64,000 nt of DNA from an uncultured Verrucomicrobiae bacterium (GTDB lineage Bacteria > Verrucomicrobiota > Verrucomicrobiia > Chthoniobacterales > JAFAMB01): NCBI GenBank assembly GCA_963775805.1, contig CAVZKG010000002.1, positions 454,693-518,692 on the forward strand. Direction: 5' to 3'. Below the pieces are notes generated by a model. That model searched no databases. It had not been told where the DNA came from and was given only the letters and a program-made list of their open reading frames with translations. Below are positions 36,790 through 45,631 of the stretch, one piece after another; the first letter of the stretch is position 1; every line of letters starts with the position of its first letter. The position numbers and the translations under genes are program-made.

Positions 36790-37806
36790 ATGTACATTCT
36801 ACGGCCCGGCCTGGGAATCCTCTGTTCAATCGGTCTCTGTTTTGGGATAGCCCCGAGCATTTACGCGAGTTTTGACGATGCTGTTGCTGCGCTGAAGAGC
36901 AACGATACCGAACGTGGCATGTCGCTATTGACCGATGCAGCCAATGCCGGAGATGTCAAAGCGATGCGGAAACTCGGGGACATCTATTTAAACGGCGATG
37001 GAGTGCCGAAAAATCCGAATGAGGCTTTGAAGTGGTTTCAAGCCGGGGCACGAGCAAACGACGCGCTTTCAATGAGCGGGGCCGCGTTCATCTACCTGAC
37101 CGGACAAGGTGTTCCACAGGATGTAGCGACGGCTCGCCAGTTGGCCAAGGCTTCGGCCGATCTAAACGAACCATCGGGAGAATGGCTATACTATCTAACA
37201 GTGGCCACTGGTCCCGAACTCCGCTACCTCGTCAATGGTGTACCGGATATGGGAATTTACTCTCGTTTGGCCAAACGCTCGATCGAAGAAAGGGCCTTGG
37301 ATATCGCAGGATATTCTGCTTTGGCGAAAGCCCTGAACCAGCATTATCCGCAAGCCTCTATTTCTGCGATTACGGAATTAACGGACCGCTCTGCTCCGGG
37401 TAACAGGGATTTGGCTCTTCGTCTTCTTCAACAAATGCCTCAGCTTTCTCAGCAACTGACCAAGGTCCGAGAGATGCTGGAAATTGAGAAGCGGTTTGGA
37501 GAAAGTTTCGCTAAACCGGGCATGTTTGTCGATGTGCTTCGGACCGCTTCGGCCGCGGCCGCGACTCGCGCAAAAGCCAGTCCTGGCGGGACAACAAATC
37601 TCGTTAAAACAACCATTTCTCAACCACTGAGCGGGGCCGTTTTCTTGCCGGTTTCCGTTCAACCTTTCGACCATTTCTATCTCGTCGAGGGTCATTGGGA
37701 AGAGACATGGACGTTCAAGGTGGGCAACACCTCCGTCGATGTGCCGATTGATTTTCAGGCAGATGGCCTGGGAGGCGCCAATTACCAAACCAAATCGTCG
37801 TGGTAG
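36790..37806 (+). CDS. secreted Sel1-repeat (SLR/TPR-like) protein with an unassigned C-terminal domain
   Basis: It has a signal peptide (MYILRPGLGILCSIGLCFGIAPSIYA) and Sel1 repeats (GDVKAMRKLGDIYLNGDGVPKNPNEALKWFQAGA, NDALSMSGAAFIYLTGQGVPQDVATARQL). The track start is the TTG at 36781. Confidence 0.75.
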   Translation: MYILRPGLGILCSIGLCFGIAPSIYASFDDAVAALKSNDTERGMSLLTDAANAGDVKAMRKLGDIYLNGDGVPKNPNEALKWFQAGARANDALSMSGAAFIYLTGQGVPQDVATARQLAKASADLNEPSGEWLYYLTVATGPELRYLVNGVPDMGIYSRLAKRSIEERALDIAGYSALAKALNQHYPQASISAITELTDRSAPGNRDLALRLLQQMPQLSQQLTKVREMLEIEKRFGESFAKPGMFVDVLRTASAAAATRAKASPGGTTNLVKTTISQPLSGAVFLPVSVQPFDHFYLVEGHWEETWTFKVGNTSVDVPIDFQADGLGGANYQTKSSW

Positions 37807-37864
37807 TTTAGGCGAACAGTCGAGGCACGAGCTAATCAATCAATTTAGTCACGGGATTATTAAT

Positions 37865-37920
37865 TCGTCAGCCTTTGTCGTTAGATTTGATTATTAGTCA
37901 GCCTTTATCATAAGATTTGA
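37865..37920 (+). repeat. imperfect ~26-30-bp direct repeat
   Basis: The two units are tcgtcagcctttgtcgttagatttga and ttattagtcagcctttatcataagatttga. They lie in the 516-bp gap upstream of the 38324 gene. Confidence 0.5.
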
Positions 37921-38323
37921 CGAGTGTATACGGACCGGCAGGTATAGGCTCATGCCGAGCTTGTCGGTAAGCGTGGAGCAGCTCTACTACCTTTTTTCAG
38001 CGTCGGATCGCTTCATCACTAATCGTGTCAGGGTGCAGATACTTTGGAATTCCAATCATTCCAAAACTGCGTTGCCGTCGAACCCAGACAAACATGGTTA
38101 ACACAGGTTTCGTTGCAATTATTGCATTACAATACCGCAGGTAGTCTTTCTAATACAGGCCAAATGAGCGAATGCATTCGGAGATTGACAAACAGTTGTT
38201 CGTGGCGCGTAATGAAAGCCGGATTTCGGGAATGCTGATTGTTGTTTCACCAGCACGGGGACCCAGGGACGGGGCTGACCTTCATTATAACCCTTCAATA
38301 AAAGCAGTAACCGAAAACGAAAC

Positions 38324-39433
38324 ATGAAGACCTCCTCTAACAGATGGACTTGTGTCCATCTTAAGAACCTAGCTGCATGGGGGATACCCTTGGCGATGCT
38401 CACTATATTCGCTATGCCGGCCATGGCGAATCATATAGACACAGCCACAGTCACACCAACTTGCGACCAGTATACCATTTGCGTTCAAGCCTCGGACTTG
38501 AATCCGGGCCAGAGTTACACGATCACCTACTCCATAACAGTGACGCCGTCGTCGGGGACGCCGATGACGACTAGCAATTCGATTCCTTTTACGGGCCCTA
38601 AGAATGGTATTTTCAATACCTGCCTCACGCAACCGTGGGGGCCGCTAATCGGTACTAACACTTTCTCGGGTTCGGCCACTCTGGTAGGAGAGAATACAAT
38701 CCCGATCACCTTTTCGCCGACCAAATTAAAGTGCGGAATGCCAACACCGACGCCGACACCGACACCGACACCGACGCCGACACCGACACCGACACCAACA
38801 CCGTGTCCTCCGTGCGCGAGTTCATGTATCCAGTCGAACTTCAACGGCACGGCGATTCCGGCTGGCGACACTGTCTGGTTTAATGCCCATATCAAGGCCA
38901 GCGGGATACCTTCCTCCGGCGCAACGATCACGTTCTGCGGTTTGACTGTTACGTCCAGCGCGTTCTCGGCGAACGTTCCAAACGGGGTAATTATTTTCAG
39001 CCCGAGCGCCTCGTGCGCCTCCACTTCGTTTAACAGCAGTACGAATACCTGGACCACGACCGTTCCGATCTCGGGGAGCGATGAAATTTTCGTGACCGGG
39101 CTGGCTCTCCCACTGCCAAACGGTTTGCCGGGCGGCGGTATTTCGCCAAACTTGTGTGGTATCTACAGCGCCTCTGTGCCTGGCATATCTCTGCAATGGC
39201 AATGGGGTGCGGCAGTCTACACCTGCTGGCCGCCAGCTCCTGGTGTCTACAACCTGCTTAATGTCAAGCCGACCCACCAGAACGCATGCAACGTGAACAA
39301 CGGTGACCATGCGGGGACTCCAGAAAATGCGTCCTTCCAGTGTGTTACCGGTGGAGCTACGGGCGGTGGCGGGGCGAACTTTACTGGTTCATGGAGCGGT
39401 ACGGTCTCGACAGGGCAGCTCTGCGTACCGTAA
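38324..39433 (+). CDS. secreted Cys-rich two-domain protein with a (PT)10 linker
   Basis: It has a signal peptide ending AMPAMA, an N-terminal ~130-aa Thr/Ser-rich domain, a PTPTPT... linker followed by CPPC, and a ~215-aa C-terminal domain with about 10 Cys and a Gly-rich tail. No C-terminal sorting signal is present. No family was recognised. Confidence 0.7.
   Translation: MKTSSNRWTCVHLKNLAAWGIPLAMLTIFAMPAMANHIDTATVTPTCDQYTICVQASDLNPGQSYTITYSITVTPSSGTPMTTSNSIPFTGPKNGIFNTCLTQPWGPLIGTNTFSGSATLVGENTIPITFSPTKLKCGMPTPTPTPTPTPTPTPTPTPTPCPPCASSCIQSNFNGTAIPAGDTVWFNAHIKASGIPSSGATITFCGLTVTSSAFSANVPNGVIIFSPSASCASTSFNSSTNTWTTTVPISGSDEIFVTGLALPLPNGLPGGGISPNLCGIYSASVPGISLQWQWGAAVYTCWPPAPGVYNLLNVKPTHQNACNVNNGDHAGTPENASFQCVTGGATGGGGANFTGSWSGTVSTGQLCVP
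38741..38803 (+). repeat. hexanucleotide (ccgaca/ccgacg) microsatellite encoding (Pro-Thr)10
   Basis: cca aca ccg acg ccg aca ccg aca ... runs for 63 nt in frame within the 38324..39433 CDS. Confidence 0.9.
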
Positions 39434-39587
39434 GCAGTCCCTGATGGTACATGGACGGGTTGATTTAACGTAACGTTGAGGCGTAGCCGAATGACGATCG
39501 GCTACGCCATTTTTATGTCCGCTGCTAACGTCGCTTCCCAAGGGTTAACGCTCGGGAAAATCGATTTTTACCTTTACACAAACCGGT

Positions 39588-41288
39588 TTGCGACGATTTT
39601 CGTCCGTCGGAGACGTGCGGATTTCAGCCAAAGCCTTTTCAATCATCACCCTGTTGGCGACTTGCCTCTTTGGAGCGATAGGATGGGGTAGTTATTCGCT
39701 TTACCGGATCGAGAAGCAAAAGCGACTTCTTAGCAATGCGAGGATCGCTCTGGAAAAACATGGAACCGAACAGGCATGGTTCTGGGCTTCTCAGGCTTTG
39801 CAGAATAAGCAAGACGGAATCGAAGAGACCCGGCTCATGGCAGATATTGCGCAATCTGCCGGATCGCCCTACGCGATCTCCTGGAGAGCTCAAGTGGTTA
39901 GATTGGAGCCCAAGCTCCTCGAAAACTACCTGGCTTGGGCGGACACGGCGCTCGTTTTTGGGGACTTGGTCGCGGCACGTATCGCGCTGGATGCAGCGCC
40001 GAAAGAGGCACAGCAGAATGCCTCCTGGCACAGCTTATATGCGGGCGTAGCGAGCAATACTGGGCAATCTGCGGTCGCTGAGTTTCATTTTTCGGAAGCG
40101 GTACGACTTGACCCGCAAAACCCCACCCATCAAGTAAATTTAGCCACCTTCCAGTTACGCTCGCCAAACCCTGAAATTGCCGAGGCGGCGCGAAAGACGC
40201 TTGAATCACATAGCGGAATTGCCGCAGTTCAGATCCTGGTTTGGAGAGCTCTGCTAAAAGATACAATTCGCCGAAACGATTTGGAGCTCGCCAAGGCTTA
40301 CAAGGAACGTTTGTGGAGCGACCCCCGCGCAGAGTTTGGTGATAAAGCAGATTGTCTTGAGGTAGCCCAGCGAGAAGGGAATTTGCAGGTGTCTTTGGAA
40401 CGGCTGCAAAGTGAGGTGGGTAATCAACCGGAAAAAGCAGCGCTTCTAATCTACTGGATGATGAATCATGGGCTTGCCCGCGAAGCGGTTGCCTGGGCGG
40501 ACACGGTTTTTCCGGCGAGCGTTGCGAAACTGCCCATACAGATTGCGGTAGCAGATGTCTTGGTGCAAACGAAGGAATGGTCGGAGCTTCGCGAACGGAT
40601 AGCGAATGAGAAGTGGAACGGGTTTGATTTTATTCGGCTGGCCATGTTAGTCCGCATCAGTCGGGAAGAAGGTCTCGTCTGGCGCGCGGACTGGAATAAA
40701 CTGACGCAATCGGTTCCAATAGACGGAGGAAAGATGCCGCTGGGCCGACTAGTGCAGTCGTGGGGATGGACAGCCGAGTCGCGCGATTTGTATTGGCAGG
40801 TCGCGGATGCTTCGGCGCCGGAAGAACGCGAAGCACTTGAGCGGCTTTGGAGAATATACGAAGACGATAAAGATACCGCAGGGCTGCTCCGCGTCGCCAC
40901 AAAGCAGTACGAGGAAAATCCAAACAACGTGGTTGCGCGAAATAACTACGCATTTCTCCTGTTGTTGTTGGACATTAACCGAGAAAAAGCGGTGCGGCTT
41001 GCCGAAGAAACTGCGAAGCAGGCACCAGACCAGCCCAATATTGCAGCAACTCTGGCATTCGCTCGATTTCGGCAGGGCAACCCAGAAGTAGCGAAACAAG
41101 TGCTGGAAAAATTCGATGAACAGACGCTGGAAAAGCCTGGTATTGCTTTGTACTACGCCCTCTCGCTGAGCGGCTCAAAAGAATCTGACAAGGCATTGCA
41201 CTACGCGCAGATCGCCGAGCGATCTCAGAGCCTGCTTCCGGAGGAAGCGGTTTTGGCAGGAAGAGTCGTTGGTGCGCTGGACCGGTAA
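39588..41288 (+). CDS. membrane-anchored TPR-repeat protein (exosortase-system associated by context)
   Basis: It has an N-terminal TM helix (FSIITLLATCLFGAIGWGSY) followed by ~500 aa of TPR-like helical repeats. The start is uncertain (TTG 39588 or GTG 39615). Confidence 0.75.
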   Translation: MRRFSSVGDVRISAKAFSIITLLATCLFGAIGWGSYSLYRIEKQKRLLSNARIALEKHGTEQAWFWASQALQNKQDGIEETRLMADIAQSAGSPYAISWRAQVVRLEPKLLENYLAWADTALVFGDLVAARIALDAAPKEAQQNASWHSLYAGVASNTGQSAVAEFHFSEAVRLDPQNPTHQVNLATFQLRSPNPEIAEAARKTLESHSGIAAVQILVWRALLKDTIRRNDLELAKAYKERLWSDPRAEFGDKADCLEVAQREGNLQVSLERLQSEVGNQPEKAALLIYWMMNHGLAREAVAWADTVFPASVAKLPIQIAVADVLVQTKEWSELRERIANEKWNGFDFIRLAMLVRISREEGLVWRADWNKLTQSVPIDGGKMPLGRLVQSWGWTAESRDLYWQVADASAPEEREALERLWRIYEDDKDTAGLLRVATKQYEENPNNVVARNNYAFLLLLLDINREKAVRLAEETAKQAPDQPNIAATLAFARFRQGNPEVAKQVLEKFDEQTLEKPGIALYYALSLSGSKESDKALHYAQIAERSQSLLPEEAVLAGRVVGALDR

Positions 41289-41479
41289 TTTGGAGCGAAG
41301 CATCAATCGCGAATTGCATTGTCCAAGGTTTGGCTTCGTGGTAAGAAGCCTTGCTCGTGGCCTACCCTATCGTCAGCAGTGGTACTTTGCCGCAAGCTGC
41401 AGAGGGGATGCTTAGCTGTTCTCTTTGTGGCTTGGCTTGCCAGAAGCTCGCACTCGGGATGCTGGTGGTAGAGGAGGAA

Positions 41480-42217
41480 ATGAATCTCGTCAGGCGCCGC
41501 TTGACGCTGCACTTGTTATGGTTGGCCGCGTTCCTGTGCAGCGTGGCCACAGCACAGGCAAACCTACTTTCTGACGGCGATTTTGAAACGCCCGGTAGCT
41601 CTTTGACCACCAACTTTATCGGTCTCATCTCCTCGGGAAACCAAAACGCGCTCACGGGGTGGCAAGCGCAACAGGGCAATCAGTCGTCAGGAGATGTCTA
41701 TTATTCGGCCAACAATTCGTCGAGAGCTTCGATCCCGAATGCCGAGAGCGGAAGCTATTGCGTTCAGCTTTCCAGCACGACCGGTCCTGCATTTAACAAC
41801 GGTTCCTCGATCAAACAGTCATTTTCAGCTATCAGCGGAACCCACTACTCTCTGTCATTCTGGATTAACAGCACGGCCAATGGGCTTGCATTGAATACTT
41901 CAACGATTGATTATTCTATAACCGGCGCAGGATTGAACTTCAGTCAAACGGCGACTACGCAGGCGGCGCCGGTCCTCCCCAACAAGAATCAGCCGTGGAC
42001 GCACGTGACGTTTAACTTCACCGCGACAAACGCCGGCACCGTCACTATTACATTCACTGATGACAAGAGCAACGGGACCAACAGCGTCTCGCTTGACAAT
42101 GTTGATCTTGAGTCTGCTCCGGAGTACTCGCACTGGTCTGTGTTTGCTATTTTCGGCATCGCTTGTTTAGCTCTCGAAACTCGTCGTCGGCATAAGGCTC
42201 GTGAAAACGTCGGGTAA
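41480..42217 (+). CDS. PEP-CTERM-type sorting-signal protein (PEY variant) with a DUF642/CBM-like N-terminal domain
   Basis: The ATG at 41480 is preceded by gaggagga. It has a signal peptide MNLVRRRLTLHLLWLAAFLCSVATAQA. The mature part starts NLLSDGDFETPG and ends SLDNVDLE. The C-terminus is SAPEYSHWSVFAIFGIACLALETRRRHK. Confidence 0.75.
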   Translation: MNLVRRRLTLHLLWLAAFLCSVATAQANLLSDGDFETPGSSLTTNFIGLISSGNQNALTGWQAQQGNQSSGDVYYSANNSSRASIPNAESGSYCVQLSSTTGPAFNNGSSIKQSFSAISGTHYSLSFWINSTANGLALNTSTIDYSITGAGLNFSQTATTQAAPVLPNKNQPWTHVTFNFTATNAGTVTITFTDDKSNGTNSVSLDNVDLESAPEYSHWSVFAIFGIACLALETRRRHKARENVG

Positions 42218-43736
42218 AGCTCCTGGGCGGTGGGTTTGTACCCTTCTTGTTCTGTTTGTTCCTTGGGTCCTTCTGGTCTTCCACTTGAGCAGCTTTTGGT
42301 CCATCGACCCCGAATATAGTTATGGCTGGGTTGTACCGCTGATGGCGGCATTCTTCTTTTGGCAGAAATGGAGAACACATACGGCTTATCCGGGTGAAGC
42401 CGGAGAGCGCTGGCCAGTCATTTGGGCTGGTTTTGCGGCTGTGCTGTTGGCCCTGGTGTGGTTTGTGCACGAAGCGGTTCCGGATTGGAGTGTGGTGAAC
42501 TGGGTCTTTGCCATAACCGTGGTTTTTTACCTGTATTCGCTAGTCGCATCTCGATGGGGTGGGTCGACCGCACGGTATTTTGTTTTTCCGATCGCGTTCG
42601 TTCTCTGTGCAGTGCCATGGCCGCAGCGCCTGGAGCTAATATTGGTACAGGGACTGATGAAAGAAGTTGCGCGTGCAACTGTCGAAATAGTCGCCTGGTT
42701 TAACGTTCCCGCGCTTGCTACAGGCAATGTCATTTTGATACCCAACGGAGTGGTTCGTATCGATGAAGCGTGCAGCGGTGTCCGCTCTTTACAGTCGATG
42801 CTGATGATGTCTCTCTTTTTTGGGGAACTATTGAGGCTGAAAATGTCGAGGCGACTCGGTCTGATTTTTCTAGGCCTGATTTTCGCACTGTTTTTTAACT
42901 TGGCTCGAACCGTAACCCTCGTGTGGATTGCCAGCGCTAACGGGCTCCGGGCGGCGGAAAGGTGGCATGATCCAGCCGGATTGAGTGTCCTGTGTCTCTC
43001 TGTTTCATTACTTTGGCTGGTTGCTCAGCCTTTCGCGAGAGGGACGGCTCACATAGAAAAAAACGGCGGCCTGGCTCGACTTGAGCCATTCCCGATTGGT
43101 TTGATAGCCGCATTCAGCGGCTGGTTTCTGTTCTTCATCGTCGGAACCGAGATTTGGTACCGGCGAGGTGAGGCAGGTCTTGCCCCTGCTCGGCAGTTAT
43201 CGATTGTTTGGCCGACAGACGTCAGTGGTTTCTCTAAAATCTTGATCCCTGACTCGACTCGACGAGTTCTTCTCTGCGACGACGCGAAATGCGCCTTTTG
43301 GCGAGACCAGTCTGGAATCGGTTGGTCATTCTATTCTTTAATCTGGAACTCTGGGCGAACTTCGACGCAGTCTGCGCGGATTCACCGCCCGGAGAACTGT
43401 CTCCAGGGTTCTGGTGCAATCTTAAAGGCAGAGTTAGACAACACGCCGGTCGCTGTGGGTGGCACATTGTTGGCGTTTCGAACATACTTGTTCGAACTTA
43501 ATGGACTACCTTTACACGTGTTCTACCTAATTTGGGAGGACGGTAATAGAGACCTTGATCCAGCTGCGCTCGGACAGGATTGGTCCGGCATTAGCCGGTT
43601 GCAACGCGTTTGGTCAGGTCAAAGAAACCTTGGCCAACAGACTCTTGAGATCGTGCTTTCCGGAGCGACTAGCGACCAGGAAGCAAGGACGACTCTGAAA
43701 GCCGAACTTGGGAAAATTGTCCGGATCCGCTCTTGA
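42201..43736 (+). CDS. exosortase fused to a C-terminal EpsI-like domain
   Basis: It has a polytopic N-terminal half with exosortase catalytic motifs: DEACSGVRS (Cys), FFNLARTV (Arg) and WHDPAG (His). The C-terminal ~200 aa carry the EpsI-like motif IHRPENCLQGSG. The GTG start overlaps the substrate gene by 17 nt. Confidence 0.8.
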   Translation: MKTSGKAPGRWVCTLLVLFVPWVLLVFHLSSFWSIDPEYSYGWVVPLMAAFFFWQKWRTHTAYPGEAGERWPVIWAGFAAVLLALVWFVHEAVPDWSVVNWVFAITVVFYLYSLVASRWGGSTARYFVFPIAFVLCAVPWPQRLELILVQGLMKEVARATVEIVAWFNVPALATGNVILIPNGVVRIDEACSGVRSLQSMLMMSLFFGELLRLKMSRRLGLIFLGLIFALFFNLARTVTLVWIASANGLRAAERWHDPAGLSVLCLSVSLLWLVAQPFARGTAHIEKNGGLARLEPFPIGLIAAFSGWFLFFIVGTEIWYRRGEAGLAPARQLSIVWPTDVSGFSKILIPDSTRRVLLCDDAKCAFWRDQSGIGWSFYSLIWNSGRTSTQSARIHRPENCLQGSGAILKAELDNTPVAVGGTLLAFRTYLFELNGLPLHVFYLIWEDGNRDLDPAALGQDWSGISRLQRVWSGQRNLGQQTLEIVLSGATSDQEARTTLKAELGKIVRIRS

Positions 43737-43814
43737 GAAAGGGAGCGTTACCAGCGCCATCAGAAGATTCACTCGCTTTGTCCGTTGAGAACGAGAAAGT
43801 TACAATGCGGAATA

Positions 43815-43887
43815 TGGAGCCTAGGGGATTCGAACCCCTGACCTCCTCAATGCCATTGAGGCGCTCTACCAACTGAGCTAAGACCCC
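43815..43887 (-). tRNA. tRNA-Ala (anticodon GGC)
   Basis: The reverse complement is GGGGTCTTAGCTCAGTTGGTAGAGCGCCTCAATGGCATTGAGGAGGTCAGGGGTTCGAATCCCCTAGGCTCCA. It folds into a cloverleaf with the G3:U70 Ala identity pair and anticodon loop ATGGCAT. Confidence 0.9.
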
Positions 43888-44024
43888 GCGCTTTTCTGAG
43901 GGAGTCCGAAAATAGCGCGATTTCGTTTGAAGAAAAGTGAAATCTAGCCCGGCCGGGCGATGCCGCGCTCTATTTTGAAGGCTTCCATTGAAAGTTGAAA
44001 CACTTTACAAGCGAACCGGACGTT

Positions 44025-44627
44025 ATGTTTGAGATTCCTATTCCACTGCATCCGGCGATCGTGCATTTCCCCATCGTGTTGATCTTCCTCGGAGCCATCC
44101 TCTCGACTTTAACGATCTTCACGAGACGAGGTGCACTCCCTCAATATGCGGCTCTGACGCTGATTTTGGCTGCCGTTGCTGCGCAGGTTGCAATCGGCAC
44201 CGGAGGAGATCAGGCGGAAGCGGTTCTCAAGCGGATGCCCGAAGCCAAACCGCTGATCCTTGTGCATGCAGAGTGGGGCGAATGGGTGCGCAACGTCGCT
44301 TTTGTTGCAGCGATCAGCGCCGTGATCGCGCTTGCGTTTTACCGTGTCACCAATATTCGGCGTGTCCTGGCGTTTATCACGACAATCATTGCCGGAGCAG
44401 CGTGCTATTGCGTGTTTCAAGCCGCGGAACATGGCGCATCGATGGTGTATCATCACGGCGTTGGCGTGCAAGTAATCGCTGAAGGAACCAGTCCCAGCGC
44501 TACGGTGGCGCCCCCTGGCGAATCCGCCAATCCTCCCGGTCTTTCTTCGCCACCCGCAGCTGTTGCTCAGCCGACCCTCTCTGAACCGCCGGCAACGCCC
44601 GCGGGTTCACCCACACCCGGTGGCTAA
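44025..44627 (+). CDS. DUF2231 domain membrane protein with a Pro/Ala/Ser-rich tail
   Basis: The start is the ATG at 44025. MFEIPIPLHPAIVHFPIVLIFLG is the typical DUF2231 N-terminus. It has 4-5 TM helices and a low-complexity C-terminus. Confidence 0.7.
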   Translation: MFEIPIPLHPAIVHFPIVLIFLGAILSTLTIFTRRGALPQYAALTLILAAVAAQVAIGTGGDQAEAVLKRMPEAKPLILVHAEWGEWVRNVAFVAAISAVIALAFYRVTNIRRVLAFITTIIAGAACYCVFQAAEHGASMVYHHGVGVQVIAEGTSPSATVAPPGESANPPGLSSPPAAVAQPTLSEPPATPAGSPTPGG

Positions 44628-44726
44628 CTTCGAGGCTCGAAGTGCGAGTCTGTTTTCCCGGCAGAGCTTTTTTTCATTGTTCCGCAGGAACTGTGACAAC
44701 GCGGTGAATGTGATAAACTCGCATTT

Positions 44727-45626
44727 ATGAAATCCTCCAGAATCGGTTTTGTGGGTGTGGGACGAATGGGAGCGAACATGGCGCGGCGGCTGCATGAGGT
44801 CGGGCATCCTGTTGTTGCGTTGTACGATACCAACACCGCGAATGCTTCAGAACTTGCAGAGGAAATCGGCGGCGAAGCGGTGGAAAAACCGTCCGATGTA
44901 ACCGCCCTTTCCGATGTCATTTTCACCGTCGTCACGGACGACGCCGCTATGAAAACGATCTTTTTTGGATCCGATAACTTGTTCACCGATGCAAAGGGAA
45001 AGTTGTTTATTAATTGTGCAACGATCAGTCCGGCGGTTCATGTCGAGATCGAGCAAAAGGGTCAACAGCTCGGCGCCGAGGTCCTGGAGGCGCCAATGGC
45101 ATCGAGTCTGACGCATGCGCGCGAAGGAAAACTGTACATGATGCTGGCTGGCGCTAAAGCGAGTTATCTGAGAGCGGAACCGGTCCTCAAGGATCTCACA
45201 GTTTCAGTCCGCTATATTGGAGGCCCTGGAAAAGCCGCGGAGCTCAAAGCGCTGGTCAACATGGTAATGAATATCAATACCGCCGGACTCGCGGAAGGAC
45301 TTGGGCTCGCCGAGGCGCTCGGTCTGGATTTGAAAATCGTCAAAGATGTTTTTTCGCAGACTGGGGCCAACTCGAGAGTCCTCGAAACCGATGGGCCGGA
45401 CATGTTGGACCGTGAGCACTCAACCTATTTTTCTGCCTCGCATGCCGCAAAAGACTCAGGTATCGCACTTGATTTGGCGAAGCAACAGGGGCTTTACCTG
45501 CCGCTTGTAGCAGCGTCCAAACGGCAATTCGACCAGATGGTGAAAGTCGGTTTAGGAGAAATTGATAAATCCGGAATCTCCGAACTGACCTTCAAATCGC
45601 GAAAGGCAAATTTGGCGCAAGAATAG
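44727..45626 (+). CDS. NAD(P)-dependent beta-hydroxyacid dehydrogenase (HIBADH/6PGDH-like)
   Basis: It has IGFVGVGRMGANMARRL (Rossmann) and the conserved family Lys region GKAAELKALVNMVM. Confidence 0.85.
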   Translation: MKSSRIGFVGVGRMGANMARRLHEVGHPVVALYDTNTANASELAEEIGGEAVEKPSDVTALSDVIFTVVTDDAAMKTIFFGSDNLFTDAKGKLFINCATISPAVHVEIEQKGQQLGAEVLEAPMASSLTHAREGKLYMMLAGAKASYLRAEPVLKDLTVSVRYIGGPGKAAELKALVNMVMNINTAGLAEGLGLAEALGLDLKIVKDVFSQTGANSRVLETDGPDMLDREHSTYFSASHAAKDSGIALDLAKQQGLYLPLVAASKRQFDQMVKVGLGEIDKSGISELTFKSRKANLAQE

Positions 45627-45631
45627 TTCAG

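Noticed and set aside
38527-39057. 176-aa minus-strand ORF containing GVGVGVGVGV
   Set aside because: It is the reverse-complement reading of the (PT)10 microsatellite inside the secreted-protein gene.
41351-41479. N-terminal extension of the PEY-CTERM protein ORF (track start 41351)
   Set aside because: The internal ATG at 41480 has a strong RBS (gaggagga) and yields a proper signal peptide. The extension has neither.
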